A stretch of DNA of 64,000 nucleotides, taken from the sequence record SRR22947725_3677, one strand, 5' to 3'. Position numbers and translations under genes: made by a program. Under the pieces are notes generated by a model that saw only the letters and a list, made by a program, of their open reading frames with translations, did not search any database and was not told where the DNA came from. This document shows positions 1-8,847 of this stretch, one piece after another (positions within the stretch are counted from its first letter, which is position 1; the number at the start of each line of letters is the position of its first letter).

Positions 1-35
1 GAATCCAGCGCGTCTACCAATTCCGCCACCAAGGC
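1..35 (-). tRNA. tRNA-Leu, 5' half; the rest lies beyond the window edge. Anticodon starts with C (CAA or CAG)
   Basis: Reverse complement reads GCCTTGGTGGCGGAATTGGTAGACGCGCTGGATTC: acceptor 5' strand, type II (Leu) D-arm GGCGGAATTGGTAGACGC, and the start of the anticodon arm. Confidence 0.85.
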
Positions 36-36
36 A

Positions 37-285
37 TTAACTATTTTGATCTCTAATGTGTCGCAATTTTTGCTTTCCAACACCAGATTTCCAATATTTT
101 TCTCTTTCCCGCGCCGCCAATCGATTCGCACATAGTTCAGTATAAATTAACTGAAATGGTACGTAGGGACTCGTTGTTTTTTCCTTACCTGAATTATGCT
201 GTGTCAATCGAATAGAAACATTTTTTGTCATACCGACATAAATATAATTTCTATTAACACTTGATATGGCATAAACCCAAATCAT
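37..285 (-). CDS. Small stand-alone GIY-YIG nuclease (UPF0213/SLX1-like)
   Basis: Motifs VY...YVG...R..QHN...E (WVYAISS-YIYVGMT-RLTQHN-AREREKYWKSG). ATG at 285 preferred to the TTG at 294. Confidence 0.9.
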   Translation of the reverse strand: MIWVYAISSVNRNYIYVGMTKNVSIRLTQHNSGKEKTTSPYVPFQLIYTELCANRLAAREREKYWKSGVGKQKLRHIRDQNS

Positions 286-290
286 CTTGT

Positions 291-354
291 CCAAAATTTC
301 AATTCAGCGCGCCTGCCTGTCGGCAGACAGGTCTACCAATTCCGCCACCAAGGC
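291..354 (-). pseudogene. Second, partial tRNA-Leu copy (5' half through a degenerate anticodon arm) with a 20-bp insertion
   Basis: 331-355 is identical to 12-36 (25 bp). Similarity resumes at 301-310 after the insertion. No T-arm or acceptor 3' strand follows. Confidence 0.85.
312..331. repeat. 20-bp imperfect palindrome CCTGCCTGTCGGCAGACAGG inserted in the tRNA copy
   Basis: Absent from the copy at 1-35. On the minus strand it folds as CCTGTCTG-CCGA-CAGGCAGG, an 8-bp stem with one G:U pair. Confidence 0.85.
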
Positions 355-364
355 AAATGGATGG

Positions 365-372
365 CAAATGTA
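365..372 (-). promoter_or_regulatory. Bacteroidota -7 promoter box (TACATTTG) upstream of the partial tRNA copy
   Basis: Exact TAnnTTTG match 10 nt upstream of the partial tRNA start at 354. Confidence 0.65.
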
Positions 373-437
373 ACCAATAATTTTTTTGCTTCACAAGAAA
401 ATTGAAGGCAACAACTATGTAGGCTAAAATAAATTCC

Positions 438-445
438 TACATTTG
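438..445 (+). promoter_or_regulatory. Bacteroidota -7 promoter box (TACATTTG) for prs
   Basis: Exact TAnnTTTG match 18 nt upstream of the prs ATG. Confidence 0.6.
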
Positions 446-463
446 CAACCCGCATAAAAAGGC

Positions 464-1405
464 ATGGGTAAAACAACTATAGATTCGAAGATATTTGCCT
501 GTACGCAAAGTACTGTTTTGGCTAAGGAAATTGCCAAGCAATACGGCGTGCCTTTAGGGAACATATTATTTTCACGTTATAGTGACGGAGAATTCCAACC
601 TTCTTTCGAAGAATCTGTACGAGGATCTCGAGTTTTCCTTATTGGCTCTACGAATCCTTCTTCAGAAAACTTGATGGAAATGTTGCTTATGCTCGATGCC
701 GCCAAACGCGCATCTGCACGCCACATTACTGCCGTAATGCCTTATTTTGGATGGGCACGTCAAGACAGAAAAGACAAACCACGAGCTCCCATTGGAGCAA
801 AACTTATTGCAAAGCTTCTTGAAACTGCAGGTGCAACACGCATCATTACCATGGATTTGCACGCCGATCAAATTCAAGGATTTTTCGAAAAACCTGTAGA
901 TCATTTGTTTGCTTCTACATTATTTCTTCCCTATTTACGTTCCCTCAATATTGATGACCTAACGATAGCCTCGCCCGACATGGGAGGTTCTAAACGTGCA
1001 TACGCCTATTCAAAATATTTGGAAAGCGATGTGGTGATTTGTTACAAGCAACGTAAAAAAGCGAATATCATTTCGCACATGGAACTTATTGGAGAAGTAA
1101 AAGGTAAAAATGTTGTCCTTGTAGACGACATGGTTGATACCGCTGGAACACTTACCCATGCGGCTGATCTTATGATCGAACGTGGTGCAAAAAGTGTTCG
1201 TGCTGTATGTACGCATCCCCTATTATCAGGTGAAGCTTATGAGCGTGTTGAAGCGTCAAAACTCACAGAGTTAATCGTAACCGATTCGATACCACTTCAA
1301 AAAGAAAGTAAAAAAATTAAAGTATTGAGCTGTGCTCAATTGTTTGCCGAGGTCATGTACAATGTACACCACAATGAGTCGATCTCAGGCAAGTTTGTTA
1401 TGTAA
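464..1405 (+). CDS. prs: Ribose-phosphate pyrophosphokinase
   Basis: YSDGE, PYFGWARQDRK, DLHADQIQGFF and VDDMVDTAGT motifs. Confidence 0.97.
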   Translation: MGKTTIDSKIFACTQSTVLAKEIAKQYGVPLGNILFSRYSDGEFQPSFEESVRGSRVFLIGSTNPSSENLMEMLLMLDAAKRASARHITAVMPYFGWARQDRKDKPRAPIGAKLIAKLLETAGATRIITMDLHADQIQGFFEKPVDHLFASTLFLPYLRSLNIDDLTIASPDMGGSKRAYAYSKYLESDVVICYKQRKKANIISHMELIGEVKGKNVVLVDDMVDTAGTLTHAADLMIERGAKSVRAVCTHPLLSGEAYERVEASKLTELIVTDSIPLQKESKKIKVLSCAQLFAEVMYNVHHNESISGKFVM

Positions 1406-1417
1406 TAAATATAAAAT

Positions 1418-2044
1418 ATGAAATCAATTACCATCAACGGATCTAAAAGAGAAAGCGTGGGCAAGGTAGCTACCAAAGCCCTACGTAATGCTGGAGAGGT
1501 TCCTTGCGTGTTATACGGAGGGGAAGAACCAGTACATTTTGCAGCAGACGAACGTGTGTTTGCAAAACTAGTATACACCCCCAATGCGCATACGGTGGTT
1601 ATCGACTTAGGCGATAACGTTACGTTTAATGCCATTTTACAGGATATTCAGTTTCATCCCGTATCAGATAAAATTCTTCACATAGACTTTTATCAGTTAT
1701 TTGATGACAAGGAAGTATCTATGAATATTCCGGTCGTTATTAAAGGAGCGGCTCCTGGAGTTTTAAACTCAGGAGGTGTTTTGAGGAGAAACAAACGCAA
1801 ACTTCGCGTACGTGCGCTTCCTGCAAACTTACCCGACGAAATTGAAGCAGATATTTCCTCGCTTGAGCTAGGAAGTAAGCTTTATGTAACCGAATTAGCA
1901 GATGAAAGCTTTAAATTTTTACACCCAGACAATACCGTAGTATGTCAAGTACGTACTTCGCGAACTTCATTGAAAGTTGAAGTTGAAGAAGGTGAAGAAG
2001 CTGGTGCTGAAGGCGAAGAAGCAACAGAAGAAGCTGCAGAATAA
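1418..2044 (+). CDS. rplY: 50S ribosomal protein L25/Ctc
   Basis: [24 protein letters not shown], acidic C-terminal tail; follows prs. Confidence 0.96.
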   Translation: MKSITINGSKRESVGKVATKALRNAGEVPCVLYGGEEPVHFAADERVFAKLVYTPNAHTVVIDLGDNVTFNAILQDIQFHPVSDKILHIDFYQLFDDKEVSMNIPVVIKGAAPGVLNSGGVLRRNKRKLRVRALPANLPDEIEADISSLELGSKLYVTELADESFKFLHPDNTVVCQVRTSRTSLKVEVEEGEEAGAEGEEATEEAAE

Positions 2045-2065
2045 AGACGCTTTTTAAGATAATTT

Positions 2066-2099
2066 AGAGCATCTCGCTTCACAGTGAGATGCTTTTTTT
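2066..2099 (+). terminator. Rho-independent terminator after rplY
   Basis: AGCATCTCGC-ttcaca-GTGAGATGCT followed by a T run. Confidence 0.8.
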
Positions 2100-2113
2100 A
2101 TTTTTACATCCTG

Positions 2114-2743
2114 ATGAAATGTTATTTCCCTTTTTTTTCATCTGCCACGAAAAAAGAAATGGCTATGAAATCCTATCTGATTGTTGGTCTTGGTAACATT
2201 GGAACCGAGTACAAAGGCACAAGGCATAATATTGGCTTTGATGTCCTAGACGCCCTCGCTTCCGACAAAGAAGCAGCCTTTGAAACCTTGCGCCTAGGAG
2301 ACGTGGCTTCCTTTCGGCAAAATGGCAAAACCGTTTACTTACTCAAACCCAATACCTTTATGAATCGCAGTGGGAAAGCGGTGCGCTATTGGATGCAACA
2401 AAAAAAGATACCGCTTCAAAATATCCTTGTTGTAACCGATGATATTCACTTAGATTTTGGGTATTTACGTTCACGTGCTAAAGGTTCCGCAGGGGGTCAC
2501 AACGGGTTAAAAGATATTTGTGTTCAGCTAAATACGCTCGATTATGCCAGGCTGAGGTTTGGTATTGGTGCTGGTTTTAGCAAAGGCAGGCAAGTCGATT
2601 TTGTACTTCAGCCATGGAATACTGAAGAAAAACAAGAGCTCCCCTTTGCCGTAGATAAAGCTGCACAAGCTGTAGCATGTTTTGTGACTAGTGGTATTCA
2701 AACTACCATGAATACGTTTAATGGTAATACACTTGACACCTAA
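2114..2743 (+). CDS. pth: Peptidyl-tRNA hydrolase
   Basis: LIVGLGN, TRHNIGF, KPNTFMNRSG, GSAGGHNGLK. Start uncertain (2114, 2159 or 2165); the ORF-track start at 2084 lies inside the terminator. Confidence 0.95.
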   Translation: MKCYFPFFSSATKKEMAMKSYLIVGLGNIGTEYKGTRHNIGFDVLDALASDKEAAFETLRLGDVASFRQNGKTVYLLKPNTFMNRSGKAVRYWMQQKKIPLQNILVVTDDIHLDFGYLRSRAKGSAGGHNGLKDICVQLNTLDYARLRFGIGAGFSKGRQVDFVLQPWNTEEKQELPFAVDKAAQAVACFVTSGIQTTMNTFNGNTLDT

Positions 2744-3678
2744 TGAGTATCATTAAAGATAGCGTATCGTTCAATCCCAAGAAAAAAACAATCGTTACCG
2801 TGGGTACTTTTGATGGGGTTCACCTTGGTCATCAAAAAATCATTGAACAGCTTGTGGTAAGAGCGCAAGAAAAAGAGTGTGAAGCCACATTACTTACTTT
2901 TGACCCACATCCCAGAAAAGTACTCCAGCCCGATGCCCCAATTGCATTGATACAAACCCTAGAAGAACGCGCTGCAACCCTTGCCGAATTGGGGTTAAAA
3001 CATCTTGTTGTTCAACCCTTCACCCGTGCATTTTCTCAGTACAGTGCCAAAAAATACGTCAAGGAGATCTTAATCGGCCTTTTGAATATAGAGGGAATTA
3101 TTATCGGTCATAACCATAGGTTTGGGAAAAACCGAACAGCAGACGTTAACGATTTAAAACGCTTTGGAGAGGAGTTTGGATTTTCAGTAACTCAAATCGA
3201 TGCTGAAGCATTAAACGATATTTCTATCAGTTCAACTAAAATTAGAACATCGTTAAAAGAAGGGGATGTCGTGACGGCAAATGCGTTTTTGGGACATCCA
3301 TTTACGCTTTCGGGAAAGGTTGTTGAAGGAAAACAAAAAGGGAGGACTATTGGCTTTCCAACAGCGAATATTGCCGTTGCCTCTCCAGACAAAATAATCC
3401 CCAAGCAAGGCGTTTATGCTGTAAGGGTTGGCATAAAAAACAATCAGCACCTAGGCATGATGAATATCGGCACGAACCCGACAGTGAATGGGCATCAAAC
3501 GAGTATTGAGGTACATATTTTTGATTGGTCGGGGGATCTATATAACCAAACTCTGGAGGTTGCACTTATAGACCGCATTCGTGATGAAATTAAATTTGAT
3601 TCGCTAGATGCATTAAAAAACCAATTGGAAAAAGACAGGGGGTCTATTGCGGCTGCCTACAAACCTTTACCTTTGTAA
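2743..3678 (+). CDS. ribF: Bifunctional riboflavin kinase/FAD synthetase
   Basis: GTFDGVHLGH, ISSTKIR, GRTIGFPTAN, EVHIFD. Confidence 0.96.
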   Translation: MSIIKDSVSFNPKKKTIVTVGTFDGVHLGHQKIIEQLVVRAQEKECEATLLTFDPHPRKVLQPDAPIALIQTLEERAATLAELGLKHLVVQPFTRAFSQYSAKKYVKEILIGLLNIEGIIIGHNHRFGKNRTADVNDLKRFGEEFGFSVTQIDAEALNDISISSTKIRTSLKEGDVVTANAFLGHPFTLSGKVVEGKQKGRTIGFPTANIAVASPDKIIPKQGVYAVRVGIKNNQHLGMMNIGTNPTVNGHQTSIEVHIFDWSGDLYNQTLEVALIDRIRDEIKFDSLDALKNQLEKDRGSIAAAYKPLPL

Positions 3679-3689
3679 AAAATACGATT

Positions 3690-4961
3690 ATGCTAATCCC
3701 TTCGTACGTTCGTCTCCATTTTGATCAAGTAGTAGCGGCACTTGAAAAAAGAAACCTCAACGCCAAGGCCGACCTTGAGCGTTTACTCGCATTGGACGAG
3801 GAGCGTCGTGCATCCCAAGCTGCGCTAGACGAAACGCTTGCCAAAGCAAATGCTGTTGCCAAAGAAATTGGACAATTGTTTAAAGAAGGTTCTGTTGCAG
3901 AAGCAAATCAAAAGAAAGAAGAATCTGCGCAACTAAAAAATAACTCTAAAGAACTTCAAAACACACTACAAGAAAGCACGGAAAAACTGCAAGAGTTGTT
4001 GTATCAACTGCCCAATATTCCTCATCAGAGTGTTGTCAAAGGAAATTCTGATGAAGACAATGAGGAAATATTCCAACAAGGAAGCATTCCTACCCTTGAA
4101 GAAGGTGCGTTACCTCACTGGGAACTTGCAAAAAAATACAACCTCATCGACTTTGAGTTGGGAGCAAAAATAACAGGGGCTGGTTTTCCTGTATATATGG
4201 GAAAAGGGGCGAAACTTCAACGTGCGCTTATCAACTATTTTTTAGATTACAACACCGCTGCAGGCTACGACGAAGTTCAAGTGCCACACATGGTTAACGA
4301 GGCTTCTGGGCTAGGCACAGGTCAGCTTCCAGACAAAGAAGGCCAGATGTATCATGCAACAGAAGATGATTTATACCTTATTCCAACGGCTGAAGTTCCT
4401 GTAACAAATATTTATCGCGATACGCTGCTACAAGAATCTAACTTGCCTATTCCGCTTACTGCTTACACACCGTGTTTTCGACGTGAAGCAGGGAGCTATG
4501 GCGCACACGTGAGAGGGCTTAACAGGCTTCATCAGTTTGACAAAGTGGAGCTTGTACGAATTGAACACCCAGACAACTCGTATAAGGCATTAGACACGAT
4601 GGTTTCTCATGTTGGGAAATTGCTTGAATCCTTAGAATTACCCTACAGAATCCTTCGTTTATGCGGAGGTGATCTAGGCTTTACTGCTGCATTAACCTTC
4701 GATTTCGAAATATATTCTACGGCTCAAAGCCGTTGGTTGGAAGTAAGTTCGGTATCCAATTTTGAATCGTTTCAAGCCAATCGCCTAAAATTACGTTTTA
4801 AAGGAAATGATGGTAAAAAACAGCTTGCACATACACTGAATGGAAGCTCGCTTGCGCTCCCACGAATTGTTGCAGGAATTCTTGAAAACCATCAAACAAA
4901 AGAAGGTATTCGTATCCCAAAAGCATTGGTGCCTTATACAGGATTTGACCTAATCAATTAA
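3690..4961 (+). CDS. serS: Serine--tRNA ligase
   Basis: N-terminal coiled coil, YLIPTAEVP, FRREAGSYG..RLHQFDKVE, HTLNGSSLA. Confidence 0.97.
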   Translation: MLIPSYVRLHFDQVVAALEKRNLNAKADLERLLALDEERRASQAALDETLAKANAVAKEIGQLFKEGSVAEANQKKEESAQLKNNSKELQNTLQESTEKLQELLYQLPNIPHQSVVKGNSDEDNEEIFQQGSIPTLEEGALPHWELAKKYNLIDFELGAKITGAGFPVYMGKGAKLQRALINYFLDYNTAAGYDEVQVPHMVNEASGLGTGQLPDKEGQMYHATEDDLYLIPTAEVPVTNIYRDTLLQESNLPIPLTAYTPCFRREAGSYGAHVRGLNRLHQFDKVELVRIEHPDNSYKALDTMVSHVGKLLESLELPYRILRLCGGDLGFTAALTFDFEIYSTAQSRWLEVSSVSNFESFQANRLKLRFKGNDGKKQLAHTLNGSSLALPRIVAGILENHQTKEGIRIPKALVPYTGFDLIN

Positions 4962-4962
4962 T

Positions 4963-5280
4963 ATGCAAATTTACAACATCACCTTTATCGTTGAACCTAG
5001 TATTGAGCAGGCCTGGGCTACACATGTAGATAAGGAACTGCTCCCAGAACTTGCTAAAAATGTGCAACAAATAGACCTACTCCGTGTTGAGCTAGAAGAA
5101 GGAATCGAGCCAATAGACGGAAGCACATTTAGCATGCAATTTTACTGCCGTGAGGCAGAACAACTGACTTGGGTAAAAGAAATTGGACACCCCCTTGTGC
5201 TACAAAAGCTGTATCGCACATTTCCAAAAGATTGGGTTGCATTTGCAAGTAGGCTAGAGTTTTTGAAAACATATTCATGA
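4963..5280 (+). CDS. DUF4286-like small protein
   Basis: N-terminal IYNITF and GSTFSMQF; position just upstream of rsmA is typical of Bacteroidota. Confidence 0.7.
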   Translation: MQIYNITFIVEPSIEQAWATHVDKELLPELAKNVQQIDLLRVELEEGIEPIDGSTFSMQFYCREAEQLTWVKEIGHPLVLQKLYRTFPKDWVAFASRLEFLKTYS

Positions 5281-6059
5281 GTGTTCGTCCAAAAAAGCAT
5301 TTGGGGCAACATTTTTTGACCGATCTAAGTATTGCGCAAAATATTGCTGATGCGCTTCAATCTACTACATACAGAGAAGTCCTAGAGATAGGCCCAGGAA
5401 TGGGTGTTCTCACCCAATATTTACTACCTAAAGCATTTACGACAAGTGTTATCGAAATTGATACCGAATCTGTTGGCTATCTAAAAGAAAACTTTCCATC
5501 ATTGGAAAACCGTATTATAGAGGCAGATTTTTTAAAAATTAAACTAAAAGAGTATTTTGACGGACAGGTAGCCATTATTGGCAATTTTCCCTACAATATT
5601 TCGAGTCAAATATTATTTCGCGTTATTGAGCAACGCGCAATCGTTCCAGAATTTGCCGGAATGTTTCAAAAAGAAGTAGCAGAACGGATTTGCGAAAAAC
5701 CAGGGAGTAAAGCCTATGGAATTATTTCTGTACTGACTCAAGCTTTTTACGATGCCGAATATCTTTTTAGCGTGTCGCGTTTTGTGTTTAATCCTCCGCC
5801 AAAAGTTGCTTCCGGTGTAATACGACTTACACGAAAAAAAGAACTGAAACTCCCTTGTGACGATGCTTTATTCTTTCGAGTTGTAAAAACAGCCTTTCAA
5901 CAACGTCGTAAAACGCTGAGAAACAGTCTAAAAATATTTGGGCTGTCGACTAGTTTAAAAGAAGGTAGTATCTTTGATGAGCGCCCAGAACGCTTGGGTG
6001 TATCGGAATTTGTTTTGCTGACTCAAAAAATAGCTGATGACACCCTTTCAACTCAATGA
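5277..6059 (+). CDS. rsmA: 16S rRNA adenine dimethyltransferase KsgA/RsmA
   Basis: [35 protein letters not shown]. Confidence 0.97.
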   Translation: MSVRPKKHLGQHFLTDLSIAQNIADALQSTTYREVLEIGPGMGVLTQYLLPKAFTTSVIEIDTESVGYLKENFPSLENRIIEADFLKIKLKEYFDGQVAIIGNFPYNISSQILFRVIEQRAIVPEFAGMFQKEVAERICEKPGSKAYGIISVLTQAFYDAEYLFSVSRFVFNPPPKVASGVIRLTRKKELKLPCDDALFFRVVKTAFQQRRKTLRNSLKIFGLSTSLKEGSIFDERPERLGVSEFVLLTQKIADDTLSTQ

Positions 6060-7395
6060 CGAATTACTCGCGCAAATAAAAAGCGATATTGAGCAAGGCA
6101 ATGCACTTGCCTTGAAAAAACGCACCAGCGAATACCATTATGCTGACCTTGCAGAAATTGTAGATGAACTAAGTGTTGAGGATGGCGTATACTTAATCAA
6201 ACTTCTTGACTCGGAGAAGACTTCAGATGTTCTTACAGAAGTAGACGAAGATATCAGAGAAGGTATTTTAGAGCTGCTTTCTGTAAAAGAAATTGCCGAA
6301 GAGATTGAAGAATTAGATACTGATGATGCGGTAGATTTAATCTCAGAACTTTCAGAAGCACGTCAGGCAGAGGTACTTGCCGAAATAGAAGATGCAGAAC
6401 GGATACAAGATATCCAAGAACTCTTGGCTTATGATGAAGATTCCGCAGGGGGGCTTATGGCTAAAGAATTGGTCAAAGTAAATGAAAACTGGACCATTAC
6501 AAAATGTGTACGGGAAATGCGCGTACAAGCAGGTGAGGTAAAACGTGTTCACTCCATTTATGTGGTTGACGATAACGATATTTTAATAGGGCGCTTGTCT
6601 TTAAAAGATTTGCTTACTGCTACAGACAAGGCTAAAATTAAAACGGTTTATATTCCAAAAGTAGACTATGTAAATGTAAATGAGGGAGGCGATGAAGTTG
6701 CCAAGCTTATGGCAAAATATGACTTGGAAGCAGTTCCTGTAGTCGATGAGGAAAAAAAGCTTTTGGGTCGTATAACGATTGACGACATTGTAGATTTCAT
6801 TAAGGAAGAAGCAGATAAAGATTACCAATTGGCAGCGGGTATTGCTTCCGATGTAGAGGCAGATGACAGCATTTTAGAACTCACAAGAGCGCGCTTGCCT
6901 TGGCTTATTTTAGGGCTTATTGGTGGCTTGGGTAGTGTTTTTATCCTTGAGGGTTTTGAAGAAGTTATGCTACACCCATCCTACAAAACACTTTTCTTTT
7001 TTACCCCACTTATTGCGGCAATGGCGGGGAATGTTGGTGTCCAATCTTCTGCTATTATCGTACAAGGTTTGGCAAACGATATTGTTAAAGGAAGTTTACT
7101 AAGTAGGCTTCTTAAAGAAGTTGGATTAAGTCTTATTAACGGTTTAGCGCTTGGTGGGCTGCTTCTTGTTTTTGGTTATTTTTCTGGACTTGACATGGCT
7201 ATTAGTTTTACTATTGCCATATCGATGCTTTGTGTAATTGTTGTTTCGGCATTGATTGGCACATTTGTCCCCATTATTTTGGATAAAAACGACATAGACC
7301 CTGCTATTGCAACGGGACCTTTTATTACCACCAGTAATGATATTTTTGGGATTTTCCTCTTCTTCTACATTGCCAAAATTATTTTAGGTTTTTAA
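6037..7395 (+). CDS. mgtE: Magnesium transporter MgtE
   Basis: Acidic N domain, CBS pair, [28 protein letters not shown]. Confidence 0.96.
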   Translation: MTPFQLNDELLAQIKSDIEQGNALALKKRTSEYHYADLAEIVDELSVEDGVYLIKLLDSEKTSDVLTEVDEDIREGILELLSVKEIAEEIEELDTDDAVDLISELSEARQAEVLAEIEDAERIQDIQELLAYDEDSAGGLMAKELVKVNENWTITKCVREMRVQAGEVKRVHSIYVVDDNDILIGRLSLKDLLTATDKAKIKTVYIPKVDYVNVNEGGDEVAKLMAKYDLEAVPVVDEEKKLLGRITIDDIVDFIKEEADKDYQLAAGIASDVEADDSILELTRARLPWLILGLIGGLGSVFILEGFEEVMLHPSYKTLFFFTPLIAAMAGNVGVQSSAIIVQGLANDIVKGSLLSRLLKEVGLSLINGLALGGLLLVFGYFSGLDMAISFTIAISMLCVIVVSALIGTFVPIILDKNDIDPAIATGPFITTSNDIFGIFLFFYIAKIILGF

Positions 7396-7396
7396 G

Positions 7397-8332
7397 ATGA
7401 AACGTATTCTGCATGTGGATACTAACCACCAAAGTCTTACAGAAGGACTTTCAACTTTAGGTTTTGAAAATATCCTTAATATAACTGCTTCCAAAATAGA
7501 AATTGAACAAGAGATTGACCAGTACGATGGTCTTGTTATTCGCAGTCGGTTTCCCATTGATAAAACTTTTTTAACTAAAGCTAAAAATCTTCGCTTTATT
7601 GCTCGGGTGGGTTCTGGTCTTGAAAATATCGATGTGAAAACTGCTCAAGATATGGGCATCGTTGTACTAGCTGCCCCAGAAGGCAATAGTCCTGCGGTTG
7701 GCGAACACGCCATAGGAATGTTGCTGAGCTTGTTTAACAACATCCCAAAAGCACACCAAGAGGTTCAAAACGGCATCTGGCGACGTGAAGAAAATCGCGG
7801 GGAAGAATTAAGCGGAAAAACCATTGGAATTATTGGCTATGGACATACGGGTAAACAGTTTGCTCGAAAGCTATCCGGTTTTGATATAAAGGTATTATGC
7901 CATGATATACTGCCAAATAAAGGAGATGTTTATGCGAAGCAAGTGACGCTTGAACAACTTCAGGCAGAAGTAGATATACTAAGCCTCCACCTACCCTTAA
8001 ACGACAGCACATTTGAATATGTAAATGAAGCATTTATTGCCCAAATGCAAAAAGCATTTTGGCTCATCAATACCGCTAGAGGAAATCAGGTCGTTATGAA
8101 AAGCCTAAAAAAGGGATTGGAAAATGGAGCTATTAAAGGAGCCTGTTTGGACGTACTTGACAGTGAGTCTAAAGCTTTTGACGCAAGGTTAGAGCCCTCT
8201 GAAGAATGGCTATACCTGTCGAAGCACCCAAGCGTGCTGTTTACGCCTCATGTAGCAGGCTGGACCCACCAAAGCCATCGCAAGTTAAGCGAGGTTATTG
8301 TTTCGAAAATCAAAACGATATTGGAGTCCTAA
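7397..8332 (+). CDS. D-2-hydroxyacid dehydrogenase (SerA-like)
   Basis: ARVGSGLENID, GIIGYGHTG, INTARG, TPHVAG. Confidence 0.9.
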   Translation: MKRILHVDTNHQSLTEGLSTLGFENILNITASKIEIEQEIDQYDGLVIRSRFPIDKTFLTKAKNLRFIARVGSGLENIDVKTAQDMGIVVLAAPEGNSPAVGEHAIGMLLSLFNNIPKAHQEVQNGIWRREENRGEELSGKTIGIIGYGHTGKQFARKLSGFDIKVLCHDILPNKGDVYAKQVTLEQLQAEVDILSLHLPLNDSTFEYVNEAFIAQMQKAFWLINTARGNQVVMKSLKKGLENGAIKGACLDVLDSESKAFDARLEPSEEWLYLSKHPSVLFTPHVAGWTHQSHRKLSEVIVSKIKTILES

Positions 8333-8384
8333 TCTTAACATTTTAGAAACCTTTATTTGATTCTTATTTACGTGATTTGATCTA

Positions 8385-8810
8385 ATGAAAAATATATTAA
8401 TTCTTTGTACAGGAAATTCTTGTCGCAGCCAAATGGCACATGGGTTTATGGCCTTTTTTGGAGGAAAAAACGTCACTGTTTACAGTGCAGGAATCGAAAC
8501 TCATGGACTTAACTCACGTGCTGTGAGTATTATGCAAGAAGCGGGAATTGACATTAGCAAAAACACCTCTAATAACGTAGATGAATATGCAGCAATCGAA
8601 TTTGATCATATTATTACGGTATGTGATCACGCCAAAGAAAACTGCCCTTATATTCCAAGTAAAAATGCACAACGCTGGCATCACAATTTCTCAGATCCCT
8701 CAAAACTGCATTCGAAAGATGAAGAAAAAATTCATCAAGCTTTTGCAACAACACGTGACGAAATCAAAGCATATTGTGAAAGGTTTTTCGATACGCATTT
8801 GAAAAAATAG
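8385..8810 (+). CDS. arsC: Arsenate reductase ArsC / low-molecular-weight phosphatase family
   Basis: CTGNSCRSQMA P-loop; ITVCD...CP; DP motif. Confidence 0.85.
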   Translation: MKNILILCTGNSCRSQMAHGFMAFFGGKNVTVYSAGIETHGLNSRAVSIMQEAGIDISKNTSNNVDEYAAIEFDHIITVCDHAKENCPYIPSKNAQRWHHNFSDPSKLHSKDEEKIHQAFATTRDEIKAYCERFFDTHLKK

Positions 8811-8847
8811 CGCACTCGAGCGATCAACTATTGGAGCTTAAGATGTT

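Noticed and set aside
8385-8810. arsC as part of an arsenic-resistance island
   Set aside because: No arsR or arsenite efflux gene nearby; it sits among housekeeping genes.
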